Shown here one piece after another: positions 56,666 to 57,878 of a stretch of 57,878 nt of DNA; the stretch's first letter is position 1, and each line of letters begins with the position of its first letter. Made by a program: the position numbers and the translations under genes. The DNA is taken from IMG/VR virus record IMGVR_UViG_3300020045_009706, positions 1 through 57,878 of that record. One strand, 5' to 3'. Source of the stretch: a virus (Duplodnaviria > Caudoviricetes). The notes under the pieces are model-generated. The model was not told the origin of the DNA, ran no database searches, and saw only the letters and a list, made by a program, of their open reading frames with translations.

Positions 56666-57343
56666 TTATACTAACAACTTCTCTAAATCTGCTTTCGTTG
56701 ATCGAGTGTTGAATTTAACACCCCTTTTCGTCAACTCATCTATAACTTCTTTCTTGTCTAAATACTCTTTTGGGTTTGTAACAACTTCAGGTTTTGCTTC
56801 CGCAGCAACATTCGTATCTTCAGGTGCAACATTGCCATTAGGAGCAACAATACTCTCCGTTGGCGTAGCCACTGATTCAACTACAGGAGCTGTTGGGACA
56901 TCCTTAGATTGTGAAGCAAGGCTTTCTTTCATAAATCGTTCAAGTTCAGCGACTTTTGCCATGAGTCTGTCTGTTTCACTCATTGCAATTGGTTTGTCTT
57001 CTGAATACTCTTCCGTGATGTATGTATTCGCTAATTCTTGTAATTTGGTCGCATTCCATACTGGTACCCCAGTCGGAATACCTGCAGCATCAACAGTCGC
57101 AGCAGGAGAAGTGTTATATACACGCTTCGCCAAATTTACTGCCAATCTGTGACCGACATGGTAAGGAAGCAATTTGCTTTCGCCTGCTTCTATGCCATTA
57201 CCGCTTACTCCATTGATCGCTCGACCGTCAAACATACACCCCATTTCGGCAGTGAAACCAAATTCTGTAGAGTTGTGAAAAGTGACAACCTTAAGATCAT
57301 TTGGATTTGAAACTATTGGATTATTTAATGGATTTCCATTCAT
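56666..57343 (-). CDS. Protein with C-terminal HeH/LEM-like motif
   Basis: Homolog of 15470..16072. Confidence 0.6.
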   Translation of the reverse strand: MNGNPLNNPIVSNPNDLKVVTFHNSTEFGFTAEMGCMFDGRAINGVSGNGIEAGESKLLPYHVGHRLAVNLAKRVYNTSPAATVDAAGIPTGVPVWNATKLQELANTYITEEYSEDKPIAMSETDRLMAKVAELERFMKESLASQSKDVPTAPVVESVATPTESIVAPNGNVAPEDTNVAAEAKPEVVTNPKEYLDKKEVIDELTKRGVKFNTRSTKADLEKLLV

Positions 57344-57368
57344 AGTTTTTAATCTACCTTACTTTTAA

Positions 57369-57458
57369 TTTGAGGCTTCATCCTTCCTCAAACAGAACTT
57401 TCCCCATCGCTGAGTGTTCTGTATCCCACCTCCCCAATGGAGAGGAAGGGACAAAACA
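57369..57458 (-). promoter_or_regulatory. Conserved structured intergenic RNA element (copy B)
   Basis: Covaries with 16098-16177. Confidence 0.55.
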
Positions 57459-57878
57459 TTAACGAACGAAGTATCGAACAAGAGTACCTTGGTCTGCTCC
57501 TGCGTTAGCAACGATACAGTAACCGAGATTCTGCTCATCAAATGCTCCCTTTGCGGTAACACCTTTAATGACCTGCCCTGCAGTGTCATCCCCAGAAGTG
57601 AATCCTTTACCCACAACAAGCACTTCACCTGCTACGGCACGACCATCACCTTCTGTAAGAATCCAACCATAATCTCCTGAACTTGCAGCACATTGGAATG
57701 CACCTTGATCCACTTGAACGGTTGAAGTAACAGCCGCAATAATCACATCAGACTTCACAATAAAGGTCAGATCAGAATGTGATACGGATGGACTGGTAAC
57801 CAGCGCGGATTCTGGGTAAAGAGCGATTGTTGTAGCACTATTGTTGCGTATTTAAAAGCTCTGTCGAACACTTGTACC
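57459..57878 (-). CDS. Decoration protein homolog, 5' truncated by the window end
   Basis: Aligns with 16178..16876 up to the last base; one in-frame TAA at 57852-57854. Confidence 0.7.

Larger units (their letters stand above)
1..57878 (-). mobile_element. Tailed phage sequence (podovirus-like), probably two related phage genomes joined near 18.3-19.0 kb
   Basis: Terminase, portal, scaffold, capsid, tail, lysis and replication genes; no host housekeeping genes or integrase seen; late module present twice. Confidence 0.95.

Noticed and set aside
57852-57854. In-frame TAA in the decoration gene copy B (pseudogene or recoding)
   Set aside because: Lies 25 nt from the sequence end among other odd substitutions; most likely low-coverage error
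1-57878. Alternative genetic code suggested by the UCA loop
   Set aside because: Long genes are intact in code 11 and TGA stops occur in ATGA overlaps
46335-57878. Terminal redundancy or diversity-generating retroelement as the cause of the duplication
   Set aside because: Copies are highly diverged with gene replacements; no reverse transcriptase or adenine-specific repeat pair seen
1-57878. Integrated prophage boundaries
   Set aside because: No integrase, att-like repeat or host gene; groEL/groES are divergent and embedded in the packaging operon

Overview
The window is tailed dsDNA phage sequence, with nearly all genes on the minus strand and standard code 11. It contains TerS, GroES/GroEL, a GpA-like TerL, portal, scaffold, major capsid, podovirus-style tail and ejection genes, lysis genes, recombination/replication genes and two tRNAs. 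The late module (decoration to holin) occurs twice in divergent form, at about 333-16876 and 46335-57878. By eye, 1-19020 has no GATC, TCGA or CCWGG but many CCGG, while 19021-57878 is the reverse. The contig therefore looks like two related phages joined inside the capsid gene, either an assembly chimera or a recombinant. The strongest candidate novel system is at 40799-42871. A sigma70 promoter precedes four ncRNA units sharing a covarying terminal stem plus an invariant ACAGCAA. Each unit carries a different tRNA piece: an Asn anticodon arm, a complete circularly permuted tRNA-Thr(UGU), a permuted tRNA-like element with a UCA anticodon, and an acceptor minihelix. They are followed by a DUF2828/vWA (putatively Ro60/TROVE-like) gene and a small ribbon-helix-helix ORF. 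All calls are by-eye motif recognition; no database searches were run.
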